40,232 nucleotides of DNA from Octopus sinensis (Eukaryota): assembly GCF_006345805.1 (NCBI RefSeq), contig NW_021835399.1, positions 1-40,232 of the forward strand, read 5' to 3'. The position numbers were made by a program, and so were the translations under genes. The notes beneath the pieces are model-generated. The model saw nothing but the letters and a program-made list of their open reading frames with translations, was not told the DNA's origin and did no database searches. Of the stretch, positions 26,083 to 37,405 are shown piece after piece; within the stretch, counting starts at the first letter, position 1, and every line of letters begins with the position of its first letter.

Positions 26083-26140
26083 GTGTATGTATGTATGTAT
26101 CATTCATATACGATTGCTCATATGTATTTGTGTGTGAGTG
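25608..26140. repeat. (TATC)n-(CATC)n-(TATC)n followed by (TA)/(TATG) arrays
   Basis: Read directly from the sequence. Confidence 0.9.
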
Positions 26141-26809
26141 AGCGTGTGCATTCATCGTTCATATGTAAATTAATACACAAGAATTTAAATTATACCCATG
26201 CGTGCATATATGAGTGTGCACATGGGCAGTAATTTACATTCTTGAAAATTAATCTCCGCATAAACGATGAACATACAAATACGTTTTTTTTTTTATTTTT
26301 AATATTTTGAAAACCAAATGTCAATGCTGACGCCGAAGACATAAACGAGAACGAATAAAATGTGAGCTAAATCCGAGCAACAGAATAACGTTTAATCTGT
26401 TTCCACTGGCTCGATCTAAAAAGAAAACTAAATATTATTTTCAAATTAAGAAAGGTCATTTGTATCGCCATAGAGATGATACATTGTACATTATACTCAT
26501 ATAAGACTTGTAGCACGCTCAAGAGATTAAATATAGTCTGTTTATTATGTAAGGATATGATGTACTGTTTTAGAATGATCTGCTTTGAACTGAATTAGCG
26601 ATACCAGAAGCACATATAGCTTGCTATGTGCTCTGAGTCATGCATACGTTAAATAAGCATATGTTTGCTATGATTGGTCGGTTGGATGATAAAGTCCTTT
26701 ACGTTCTGAATCCGAATCTCATTAAGTTAGACTTTGCCTTTTATCCTTCTGCGGACTGATAAGGTGAAGTACTAGATTTCCTTATGATCGCCAATATCCA
26801 CAAAAAGAA

Positions 26810-27120
26810 GGAGCAGGGGAGGGGAGGAGAAGTTAGGAGGAGGAGGAGAAGAAGAAGAAGAAGAAGAAGAAGAAGAAAATCAAGTTGAAGAAAATCAAGA
26901 AGAAGAGGGAGGAGGAGGAGGAGGAGAAGAAGAAGAAGAAGGAAAGGAAGAGACAGAAGAAAGAAGAAGAGAACGAAGAGAGAAGAAGAAGAAGAAGAAG
27001 AAGATGAAGAAGAAGAAGAGAAGGAGGAGAAGACAGAAGGGGAGGAAAATCAGGAAGGAAGAAATCAAGAAGAAGAAAATCAAGAAGAAAATCAAGCAGA
27101 AGAAGAAGAAGAAGAAGATG
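26810..27120. repeat. Polypurine (GAA)n/(GGA)n tract with repeated gaaaatcaagaagaa
   Basis: Read directly from the sequence. Confidence 0.9.
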
Positions 27121-27334
27121 TTAGAAGTAATATGAAAATACAGCGAAATGCTAATTATAATATGTTAAATCACCACCCACTCATTAAGAATATATATCTA
27201 GGCTTTAAAAATATACAAGCCATTTCTTGTTTTAGTTATTCAGGATAGCAACAATAAATAAATAAAAAATATTTAAAAAACCCAGAAAAAGCGAAAAACA
27301 AAACAAAAAAAAACCATCTTGCATTCGCTTGATA

Positions 27335-27555
27335 TGCCAGAAATGTTCTTTCTAATTTTGGCAAAAGGTCAGGAATTTTAGAGGAGGGAGCTAAGTTGAT
27401 TACATCGCCCTCAGTGCTTGACTGGTACTTTTCATCCGAAAGGATGAAAGGCAAAGACGATCTCGGAGGGATCTGAATTCAGACGTAAAGAGCTGCAAGA
27501 AATGCCACAAAGCATTTTGTGCAGCGTGCTAACGAGTCTGCCAGCTGGTCGCCAA
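27335..27555 (-). mobile_element. SINE family B (diverged)
   Basis: ttctaattttggcaaaagg...gaaaggatgaaaggcaaag...gtgctaacgagtctgccagctgg. Confidence 0.75.
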
Positions 27556-27799
27556 ATATGTCTTAGAACATCATCCTTTCAGCTACTGCTCTGAAATGGG
27601 TGACTATAGAACATCAGTGAATATGGATATGATATACCAGAAAAGAAATGTTGATGGTCAAACCTGGAACGACGGTCAAAATTGGAACATTCAACACAGT
27701 AACGTATAGAGCAACGAACGGTTTAACATTATGGAATTTGAAAGTGACGACTTTATGGGAAACATGTACTAAAATCTTTGACTAGTAAACAACATCATT

Positions 27800-28100
27800 T
27801 TTGTTTGTTTGTTCCTTCTCGAGTCACGCTTGGCTCATAAGGACCGATTTCCCGGTTTCCTTGGCGTATAGGTTCCCCACCTAGACGGGACGCCGGTCCG
27901 TCGCAGGTGAGCTGCAAAATGCACGAGGAAAGAGTGAGAGAAAGTTGTGGCAAAAGAGTCAGAAGAAGTTCGCCATTACCTTCTGCCGGAGCCGCGTGGA
28001 ACTTAGGTGTTTCGCTCATAAACACACACATCACCCGGTCCGAGATTCGAACCCCCAATCGCGAGTCCGCTGCTCGAACCACTAGGCCATGTGCCTCCAC
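27800..28100 (-). mobile_element. SINE family D (Meta-domain-like central region)
   Basis: Minus strand has a tRNA-like head, then cctgcgacggaccggcgtcccgtctagg...gaaaccgggaaatcggtccttatgagcc. This resembles my recollection of the MetaSINE domain. Homolog at 37130-37405. Confidence 0.7.
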
Positions 28101-28447
28101 TAAACAACATCGTCGCAAAATACTAACGTACGTATAAATGGTCAGAATAGATAATTTAAAAAAAAACTATAAATCATGTGATACAACTTAGAGAAAATTG
28201 AAGGTACGGCCATTATTTTGTTTTCCTGTATACAACTTCGCACAAAATGAAATTAACAAACATGTTCCTTTAAACACAAGAACCAATTTTAAAATGTACG
28301 CCACATACATATGACGAAAAATAACTAACCATACAACATTGGCCCCCAACATCTGTATCACGTACAGGTTTCATGCAAGACAATTTTTCTCGCATAACAA
28401 AATCATGAAGTGCATAATATATAATTTAATTATTGCATATATAATAT

Positions 28448-28635
28448 AGGGGTGATTGTGTGGTAAGAAGTTTGCTTTCCAACCACAGGGTTCCGAATTC
28501 AGTCCCACTGTGTTCCACATTGGGCAAATACCTTGTACTATAGTCCTGAACCGACCAAAGCTTTCTGAGTGGATTTGATAGACAGAAACTGAAAGAAGCC
28601 TGCATTATATATATATATATATCTGTGTATATATA

Positions 28636-28698
<63 letters not shown>

Positions 28699-28756
28699 GT
28701 ATATATATATATATATATCTGTGTATATATATATATATATATATTATATATATCTG

Positions 28757-28810
<54 letters not shown>

Positions 28811-28980
28811 TTGTGTGTGTGTGTGTGTGTATGCTTGTGTTTGTCCCCCACCACCGCTTATAAACTGGTGTTAGTTTGTTTACGTTTCCATAACTTAGCG
28901 TTTCGGCAAAAGATACTGGTAGAATAAGTGCTAGATTTTAAAAGATAAGTACTGGGGTCGATTTGTTCGAGTAAAAGACA
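28448..28980 (+). mobile_element. SINE family A with expanded internal (TA)/(TG) array
   Basis: Head at 28448-28605, microsatellite, then body to ...ctggggtcgatttgttcga. Confidence 0.85.
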
Positions 28981-29224
28981 AAAACAAAGAAAAGCTTCAA
29001 GCATTGTGCCTCAAAGTCCAAAGATTGAAACAAGAAAAAGATAAATGATATTACACATATATTACGTATATAACGCAAAAATCCCTTGTAGATTGCAATA
29101 GTGAATAAAATAAAATTCAAAAATTTATTCTTTCTTTGCTGCCCAGTACCAAAGGATTTACGGTCTGGTACTGGTCCACAATCCGGCGGCTGAAGACCCC
29201 TGATCTACAATATAACGAACAGTA

Positions 29225-29545
29225 CATGCTTAAACATAACTTTTATATAACTAAATTCTTCGTCATCACAGTAGGTATTCATATTACTCTATTACATAAA
29301 ATCAATAGAAGTGGACAACATAACTTTTATATAACTAAAATTATCGTTATCACAGGAGATACTCATTGCTATATTACAAAAAAATCAACACTGTAATACT
29401 TAATTGCTATCAATAGAAATGGGAAATATAATTTTTATACAAGTAAAAGCATCGTTATCACAGGAGACATTAAATAAAAATAATATCATAGAACTCCTAG
29501 TTATTATCAATAGAAGTAGACAGCCCAAATTTTGATCAAGGTATC
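29225..29545. repeat. Degenerate minisatellite, 3-4 units of about 85-110 bp
   Basis: acataacttttatataactaaa..tcgt(t/c)atcacag..ga and caatagaagt recur. Confidence 0.6.
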
Positions 29546-30004
29546 GTAGTATACATAACATCGTTCATTAGATATAGATTCTATAAATGAATCTCCAACG
29601 CCACTGTAAACATTCAAAAGAATAAACTAGGAATACGAAAAGCACTGTTATAGATACATGTCATCACCAAAGTCTTCAATTTGCTTACATTCGACTAATT
29701 CGTTTGCTAGTAAGTGGTCACCAGATTTGCTAAGAACACCAGTTAATCGCTTTCAAACCACACCTCACTGTCGAAAGAAGGACATTTGATACATCATTGG
29801 TTAACGGGTCTGTTTCACTGGGTTATTTACTATATCTACGATGCATCTATGCACTATTAATCGTCTTCATTTGTTTATATTTCAATGTATACAATATACC
29901 CTAGTACCAAACAATACTGATTACCAACAGGTAGAATTAAGATTCGAAAAATTTACCAACACTGCCATCGCTATTATTGACGGTGCTATATAAAACTCCT
30001 GTGT

Positions 30005-30370
30005 ATCGGGCAGACCAAAGCCTCTTGAGTGGATTTGGTAGACGGAAACTGAAACTGATGGTGTATGGTTAGGTATACGAGGTATGTGTAAGTATGTGCG
30101 TGTGTCTGTGCGCATACCTGTGTGTATGTCTGTATATATGTATGTATGTATGTACATGTGTGTTTGTCTTTGTGTCTGTGTTCGCCCCCCCACTACCGCT
30201 TGACAACCGGTGTTGGTGTGTTTACGTCCCCGACAAAAATACCACATAAAATAAGTACCAGGCTTCACAAAATATAAGTACTGCGGTCGATTCATGCGAC
30301 TAAAAATTCCTCAAGGCGGTGCCCCAGCATGGACGCAGTCTAATGACTGAAGCAAATAAACGATAAAAGA
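30005..30370 (+). mobile_element. SINE family A, 5'-truncated
   Basis: gaccaaagcctcttgagtggatttggtagacggaaactgaa...caaggcggtgccccagcatggacgcagtctaatgactgaa. Confidence 0.85.
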
Positions 30371-30606
30371 TATATATATCTTGTTTGTATGATTAGGTTT
30401 ACGACTACAATTGTATGAGCTAGAGCTCCATGTAGATTATCATTATCCAGTCGGCTTCTAGTATAGTGGTTAGTCTCCCACAGTACTTAGTGGTATTGCT
30501 AGTTATGATATATAGAGCATATTTAGTGGAAAATTAAAATGAACACTAGTATAAATATTTAGTTCCTACCTTGGTTTCTCCATTGCAGTTGACTGGGACG
30601 TATATG

Positions 30607-30668
<62 letters not shown>

Positions 30669-30728
30669 CATACACATATACGTACACACACACTTATATC
30701 TGTATATGAGTGTGTGTATGTATCACTC

Positions 30729-30761
<33 letters not shown>

Positions 30762-30763
30762 TC

Positions 30764-30796
<33 letters not shown>

Positions 30797-30888
30797 AAAA
30801 TTATTTGAGACAAAACCACTATTTTGCAAAACAAACAGGAAAGACTTAATCAATACATAAAATTTAATAAATAGTCAAAAAAAAACCG

Positions 30889-30931
30889 CCACTACAATCG
30901 TTTCTTGTCTTGATCGACAATCTTCAGGTGG
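30889..30931 (-). ncRNA. Minimal type I hammerhead ribozyme (left arm)
   Basis: Exact reverse complement of 34192-34234. Confidence 0.8.
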
Positions 30932-33900
30932 ACTTCCAATCTAAAAAATCAAAATTTTAAAATATAAAAATAATACTTTTAAATAATTAAAGTATAATGA
31001 AAAAAATAAGTATAATCCATATATAACCTATATATAATCCATATCGAAAATATAGACTAATTACCACGAATTCCCTAAAAAAAACCATGATAAAACAAAA
31101 CTCTTAAAAACATATAACGATAAAATCTCCCTTTGCTAAACTCTATAACAAACCTATAAAGTAAACCCCCTAACCTAAACATTCACACCAATACACACAC
31201 GTAAACCACAAACTCACGACTTATACACACCTACCTATACTAACTTATAAACCTCAATATACACCAAAACCCACTCCCTCCCCCACAGACAAATTAACAC
31301 ATACATCCCAAAACCTAAATAACAACCCATATACACATTCACACACAAACACAACACTCACACGCAAAACACTCACACACAAAAAATACATATACTCCCT
31401 CACATATACGCCTATACATACTCACTAAACTCGACATATACAACAATACTTACACACCCACAAAAACCTTATATACATTTATGAGCTTTAACTCACCTTA
31501 GCATCTCTAACAAACAACTTGCAGTAACCCAATCCCATTCTCTATGCCTACCTACTACTACAACACTATTCCATTCACATTCCAAGCAACGCTAGTCCAC
31601 CACCCGGTTATTCACGTGGCAAAACGAACACCACTCAAAATTATGAATGAAACAATGTAAAAAAATAACCATCTAAAATATACAAAATACCACGAATTAC
31701 CTAAAAAAACCATGATAAACCAAAACTCATAAAAGCATATAACGATAAAATCTCCCTTTGCTAAACCCTAAACAAACTTATATAGCAATCCCCCTACCTA
31801 AACATTCACACCACAAAAAACCCACACGTAAACCACAGACCCAAGACTTATACACAAACCTATACTAACTTATAAACCTCAATATACACCAAAACCACTC
31901 CTCCCCACACAGCAAATTAACACATACATCCCAAATCCTAAATAACAAACCCAAATACACATTCACACACAAACACAACACACACGCAAAACACACACAC
32001 ACAACAGATACATATGCTCCCTCACATATACGCCCATATACATACTCACTAAAACTCGATATATACAACAATATTTACACCCACACTCATACAGATAAAT
32101 AAATTAATTATACAATTAAAAACTCACAACCAATCTCATATACATAACACTCTTATGAAAACAACAATAAACATCGTAATTAACCAGAATATCAAAAATA
32201 ACATTATGACATAAGGATAAATCAAATACATACTTACAATTCAGTTACAAATTATGAAGTGAAATTAGATTTTTAGCCGTTAAAAAACCAAACAAAATTA
32301 CGTTACCATGGAAATAACTAATGTAAAAAAAGAATACGCGCCATAGAAAGTAAACGTCATTCATAGTATGAATGGAGAAATATAATAAATGGAACTAAAA
32401 ACTATTTCCACGTAGCAAACCAACGCTATTTAAAAAAAATTTATTATGAATGGATTCTTTAAAAACTATCATGAAAATCAATTTTATACATTATGAGCTT
32501 TAGCTCACCCTAGCAACTCTAACAAACAACTTACAGTAACCCATACTCAATGCCTACCTCATTACCACCCTAATCCATTCACAATTCCAAAAACACTAGT
32601 CCACCACCCGTTACAATTCCCAACTCTACCCATTCATTCACAATTTCAACGACGTTCACTTCAACAACTCTACATATAAGCCTCACATATACACCGGAGA
32701 TACACTTACACATCCGTGCGGATGGGTGAGAGTATACATTAAGTGTAGTGATGGGGTTCCCATTTCTAAACACATTTGTACCTGTGTGGTAGTCTCCATG
32801 TGTATATTCACGCACGGGTATAAATACAGGGGGTACACGCTCACTTCATTTACGTGTACCCCTCACATGTACATATGCATACTATATTGGCTCGATATAT
32901 GCAACAATGTAATCACGCCCGTATGTGTGAGCATTCACTGGTTGTGCAATTCACCCATCTGGGTGTGATTGTGTGTAAACTTATCACTGTGGAGGTCGTT
33001 TTTAATTGTATAATTAATTTATTTATCTGTATGAGTGTGGGTGTAAATATTGTTGTATATATCGAGTTTAGTGAGTATGTATTGCGTATATGTGAGGGAG
33101 CATATGTATCTGTTGTGTGTGTGTGTTTTGCGTGTGTGTGTGTGTGTGTGTGAATGTGTATTTGGGTTTGTTATTTAGGATTTGGGATGTATGTGTTAAT
33201 TTGTCTGTGTGGGGAGGGAGTGGTTTTTGGTGTATATTGAGGTTTATAAGTTAGTATAGGTTGTGTATAAGTCTTGGGTCTGTGGTTTACGTGTGGGTTT
33301 TTTGTGTGTGAATGTTTAGGTTAGGGGATTGCTATATAAGTTTGTTATAGGGTTTAGCAAGGGAGATTTTATCGTTATATGCTTTTATGAGTTTTGGTTT
33401 ATCATGGTTTTTTTTAGGTAATTCGTGGTATTTTGTATATTTTAGATGGTTATTTTTTTACATTGTTTCATTCATAATTTTTGAGTGGTGTTCGTTTTGC
33501 CACGTGAATAACCGGGTGGTGGACTAGCGTTGCTTGGAATGTGAATGGAATAGTGTAGTAGTGAGGTAGGCATAGAGAATGGGATTGGGTTACTGCAAGT
33601 TGTTTGTTAGAGATGCTAAGGTGAGTTAAAGCTCATAAATGTATATAAGGTTTTTGTGGGTGTGTAAGTATTGTTGTATATGTCGAGTTTAGTGAGTATG
33701 TATAGGCGTATATGTGAGGGAGTATATGTATTTTTTGTGTGTGAGTGTTTTGCGTGTGAGTGTGTGTTTTGTGTGTGAATGTGTATATGGGTTTGTTATT
33801 TAGGTTTTGGGATGTATGTGTTAATTTGTCTGTGTGGGGAGGGAGTGGGTTTTGGTGTATATTGAGGTTTATAAGTTAGTATAGGTATGTGTATAAGTCG

Positions 33901-34191
33901 TGAGTTTGTGGTTTACGTGTGTGTATTTGTGTGTGAATGTTTAGGTTAGGGGGTTTACTTTATAGGTTTGTTATAGAGTTTAGCAAAGGGAGATTTTATC
34001 GTTATATGTTTTTAAGAGTTTTGTTTTATCATGGTTTTTTTTAGGGAATTCGTGGTAATTAGTCTATATTTTCGATATGGATTATATATAGGTTATATAT
34101 GGATTATATACTTATATTTTTTCATTTATACTTTAATTATTTAAAAGTATTATTTTTGTATTTTAAAATTTTGATTTTTTAGATTGGAAGT

Positions 34192-34234
34192 CCACCTGAA
34201 GATTGTCGATCAAGACAAGAAACGATTGTAGTGG
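34192..34234 (+). ncRNA. Minimal type I hammerhead ribozyme (right arm)
   Basis: ccac-CTGAAGA-[ttgtc gatcaa gacaa]-GAA-[ac gatt gt]-A-gtgg. 4-bp stem I, 5-bp stem II and GUA site at 34228-34230. The stem III segment ACGAUUGU is self-complementary with G.U pairs, as described for minimal PLE hammerheads. Confidence 0.8.
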
Positions 34235-34921
34235 CGGTTTTTTTGACTATTTATTAAATTTTATGTATTGATTAAGTCTTTCCTTGTTTGTTTTGCAAAA
34301 TAGTGGTTTTGTCTCAAATAATATTTTATAATATTTTACTATAAAATTGGATTTAATCCTAAATCTGATTTTTTTTCCCTGTAAATTTGGATATATTCCC
34401 TAATATTTATTATATATATATATATATATATATATAGGCATATATATGTGTATGCATGTATGCTTATACAAACGCTTCTATCAAACACATTTCCAAACTC
34501 ATTCACACACGCAGACACACACACACACACACACAACTCACACATACACTACACAGACACACACACACACATGCACACGCGCTCACACACAAAACGCAAA
34601 AAAGGGGACAGGAATAATAAAAAAAAACATAGATTCGTACGTTCACAGTCGAGATCAGAAGACACAAAAGCCCCAGGGAAATGAGTAAATTACAAGTTCA
34701 CACCTAAAACATATCAATAACATGAAGAACATATTGCATTAGCCAATTTGCCGATATCTTCTATTGATATCAAAATTACCAAACCCCATGAATCCAGAAA
34801 GTAGGTAAAATTATTATGATATATTTCAAGGCTTATAGCATTTCAACCTGAGTCATCACTGCTAGGTGCGCTTTAATATATCCAATAAAAGTTTACCGTT
34901 GATATCACCAACACGTACATA

Positions 34922-36157
34922 CTAGGTGGTGTCAAAAGGCTTCCGGACTAGTTATGTTTAATAAAAGAAAATAACTTATTTACCTTAAATTTTAACATCA
35001 TCTCCTTCGAAATAGTCACCTCACGCAGCAATGCATCGGCTCCAGCGTTCCTATTGCTTTTGGAATCCGGCCTAGAAATCGTTTTCCGTAAGAGAGTCGA
35101 GGAGCTTCTGCGATTCGCTCTTGATCTTGACAACAGTGTTCAAACGGCAACCTTTGAAGTGCCTTTTCATCTTAGGGAAGAGATGGGAATCGGCAGGTGC
35201 TAAATCTGGCGAATAGGGCGGGTGCGGAGGGATACCATGTTGTTTTTTTGGTGGCAAACTCACGAGTGAGGAGAGCTCGGTGACAGGGTGCATTGTCGTT
35301 GTAAAGAACCCAATTCTCTGTAGATGTTAGGATTGCCTGCACGGCAATATATAATTTGAAACCTAACGATGTATCATTATGAAAGGTAGTCAAGGCGGCG
35401 CGCTAGCAGAACACTCTAGACAAAATGATTAGGCGGCATTTTATCAGGCTCTTTACGTTCTGAGTTCAAATGCCGCCGAGACTGACATTGTCTTTCATCC
35501 TTCTAGAATTGGTAAAATAAGCACCAATTGAGCACTGGGTCCAATATAATCGATTGCCCCATCCTTCAAAATTCCTAGTCTTGGCTGCAAACACACGAGT
35601 GAGGAGGGTGAATTGTCATTGTAAAGAACCCAATTCTTCGTAGATGTTAGGATTGCCTGCACGGACGCATACAACAAACCACCAGCAGCAGCAGCAGCAA
35701 TGCTGTTGATTGTCCTCCAGCGATGCTGACGATTTTTCTCCACATTTCTGGGGGTGGCGCTCGTAGCAAGTCTTCGAGATCGTTCATTATCTTCCAGGAA
35801 CGTTCTTCCGCATTCGAAGCGCCCGTGCCACTTGAAACATTGCGTATGACCCACCGCCTCATCGCTGCAAGCTTACCGAAGCATGCTTAATGTCTCTGTA
35901 GCAGACTTCCCAAGTTCAACGCAAAATTTCATTTTGACTCTTTGTTCCAATTTCCTGTCCATGGTAAAAATCGCAGACTACAGCATATACGTGATCACAA
36001 AAACACAAATTTCATAACTTGCAAAGTAAACACAGCGATGTCACTCGGCACGCTGCCTCATGAAGGTCACTGCTAGCTCTCATTGCGCATAAAACCGTGT
36101 GCTGCCATCTGTTGGCACTCTACAGAACTAATCCGGGAACTTATTGATACCACCTCG
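34922..36157 (-). mobile_element. Mariner (DD34D-type) transposon, internally deleted, both TIRs present
   Basis: TIRs at 34922-34947 and 36132-36157 match at 20/26, with TA on both sides. The transposase starts MDRKLEQRVKMKFCVELGKSATET at 35962. Motifs include WVLYNDNAPCH (D-loop) and PPYSPDLAPADSHLFPKMK. Stops, a deletion and an insertion are present. Confidence 0.9.
35390..35583 (+). mobile_element. SINE family B copy inside the mariner, closely related to the copy at 16664
   Basis: Shares private variants and about 31 nt of upstream flank with 16630-16852. Confidence 0.8.
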
Positions 36158-36409
36158 TATTCTTATTATAAATTACTATCTAAATTCAGATCACTACGCT
36201 TAATGATTACGCATATCACGAAAGTTAAACGAAAAATATTCGATGGCTCCAGTAACAAGAAATAATAAGCAAACTAGAAGGGAACAAAAATTAAGTCGAC
36301 ATGCACTGTCTTAACTCTCATAGGCACGAAGAAATCTCTTGGCTTCAGCCAGTTCGCTAACCACTTATACGCAATACTTTTAGGAATAACACAACAGCCA
36401 ACGGTCAGA

Positions 36410-36590
36410 CCATCCACCCATCCATCTATCCATCCATCAATCCATCCATCTATCGATCCATCCAGCTATCCATCCATCTATCTATCCATCCATCCATCCA
36501 TCCATCCATCCATCCATCCATACAGTCATCCAGTGAGCCAGCTAGCGAGCCATCCAGCCAGCTATCCAGCCAAGCAGGCACTCATTCAGA
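36410..36590. repeat. (CCAT)n degenerate microsatellite
   Basis: Read directly from the sequence. Confidence 0.85.
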
Positions 36591-37129
36591 CAGGCAGCTG
36601 GCCATCTTCGTAGTCTAATAACCCTGTGAGGGTTTTGCAGTTAGAGCTCTCATACATGTTCTTGTCACTAAATGTTCCTTCTGGGAAACCAAACGAAGCT
36701 ATGGCTATTACCCAACCATCTTGCTCGGGATCTATCTTTCAGTTTCCTGTCGGTTAACCTTGTCTGTTCCTCAGACATTTTAAATATATTTCAAGTTGCC
36801 AAGACTATGTAATAAACAACAACAGTAACAGTAGCTGCGACAGCAACAATATCAAAAGTAACAGATCTAGAATCTCTAACTTCCTGAATGAAGTTTCCTT
36901 AGTATCAGACCTTTTAGTCATCCGTTTAAATGTATATGTGTACAGCCTTCCCTTCCGTCCTCAAAATGTATATACAACCTCTGACATAGATGGAGTTACA
37001 GTCAAGTCATATCCTTCCGCCATTCGTTATAGATTCACAACCACTCCATCGCTAAAAGAATAATCTAGAATACGTCACTTAAAAGAGTACCACCTGCTCT
37101 TACCTACATTTTTTTGTCGCCCTTTTCAA

Positions 37130-37405
37130 GCCTATCCAGGCTTCCCGGTTTCTGTGGCGTCTGTGTTCCTCCAAGCTGGACGAGACGCCAGTCCATCGCA
37201 GCGTTACTCAAGAAATAGGAAGAGAGAGTGAGAGAAAGTTGTGGCGAAAGAGTACAACAGGGGTCACCACTACCCCTGCCGGAACCTCGGCGAGCTTTTA
37301 GGTGTTTTCACTCAATAAACACACACAATGTCCGGTCTGGGAATTGAAACGGCGATCCTCCGACCGCGAGTCCGCTGCACTAACCACTGGGCCATTGCAC
37401 CTCCA
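37130..37405 (-). mobile_element. SINE family D (Meta-domain-like)
   Basis: Homolog of 27800-28100. Confidence 0.75.

Larger units (their letters stand above)
30800..34322. mobile_element. Fold-back structure: about 1.32-kb inverted arms around an 874-bp spacer, probably PLE-derived
   Basis: 30800-32123 is the reverse complement of 32998-34322, differing mostly by small indels. Each arm holds two diverged subunits (left arm starts at about 31063 and 31689, period about 626 bp) and an outer hammerhead. Confidence 0.85.

Noticed and set aside
26810-27120. F/S/P-rich ORF 26895-27095
   Set aside because: It is the translation of a (GAA)n/(GGA)n tract.
30800-34322. Mitochondrial insertion or interstitial telomere as the explanation for the AC/GT skew
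   Set aside because: No recognisable mitochondrial gene, tRNA or rRNA. Only scattered TTAGG(G) words with no array, and the orientation (C-rich then G-rich) is opposite to a telomere fusion.
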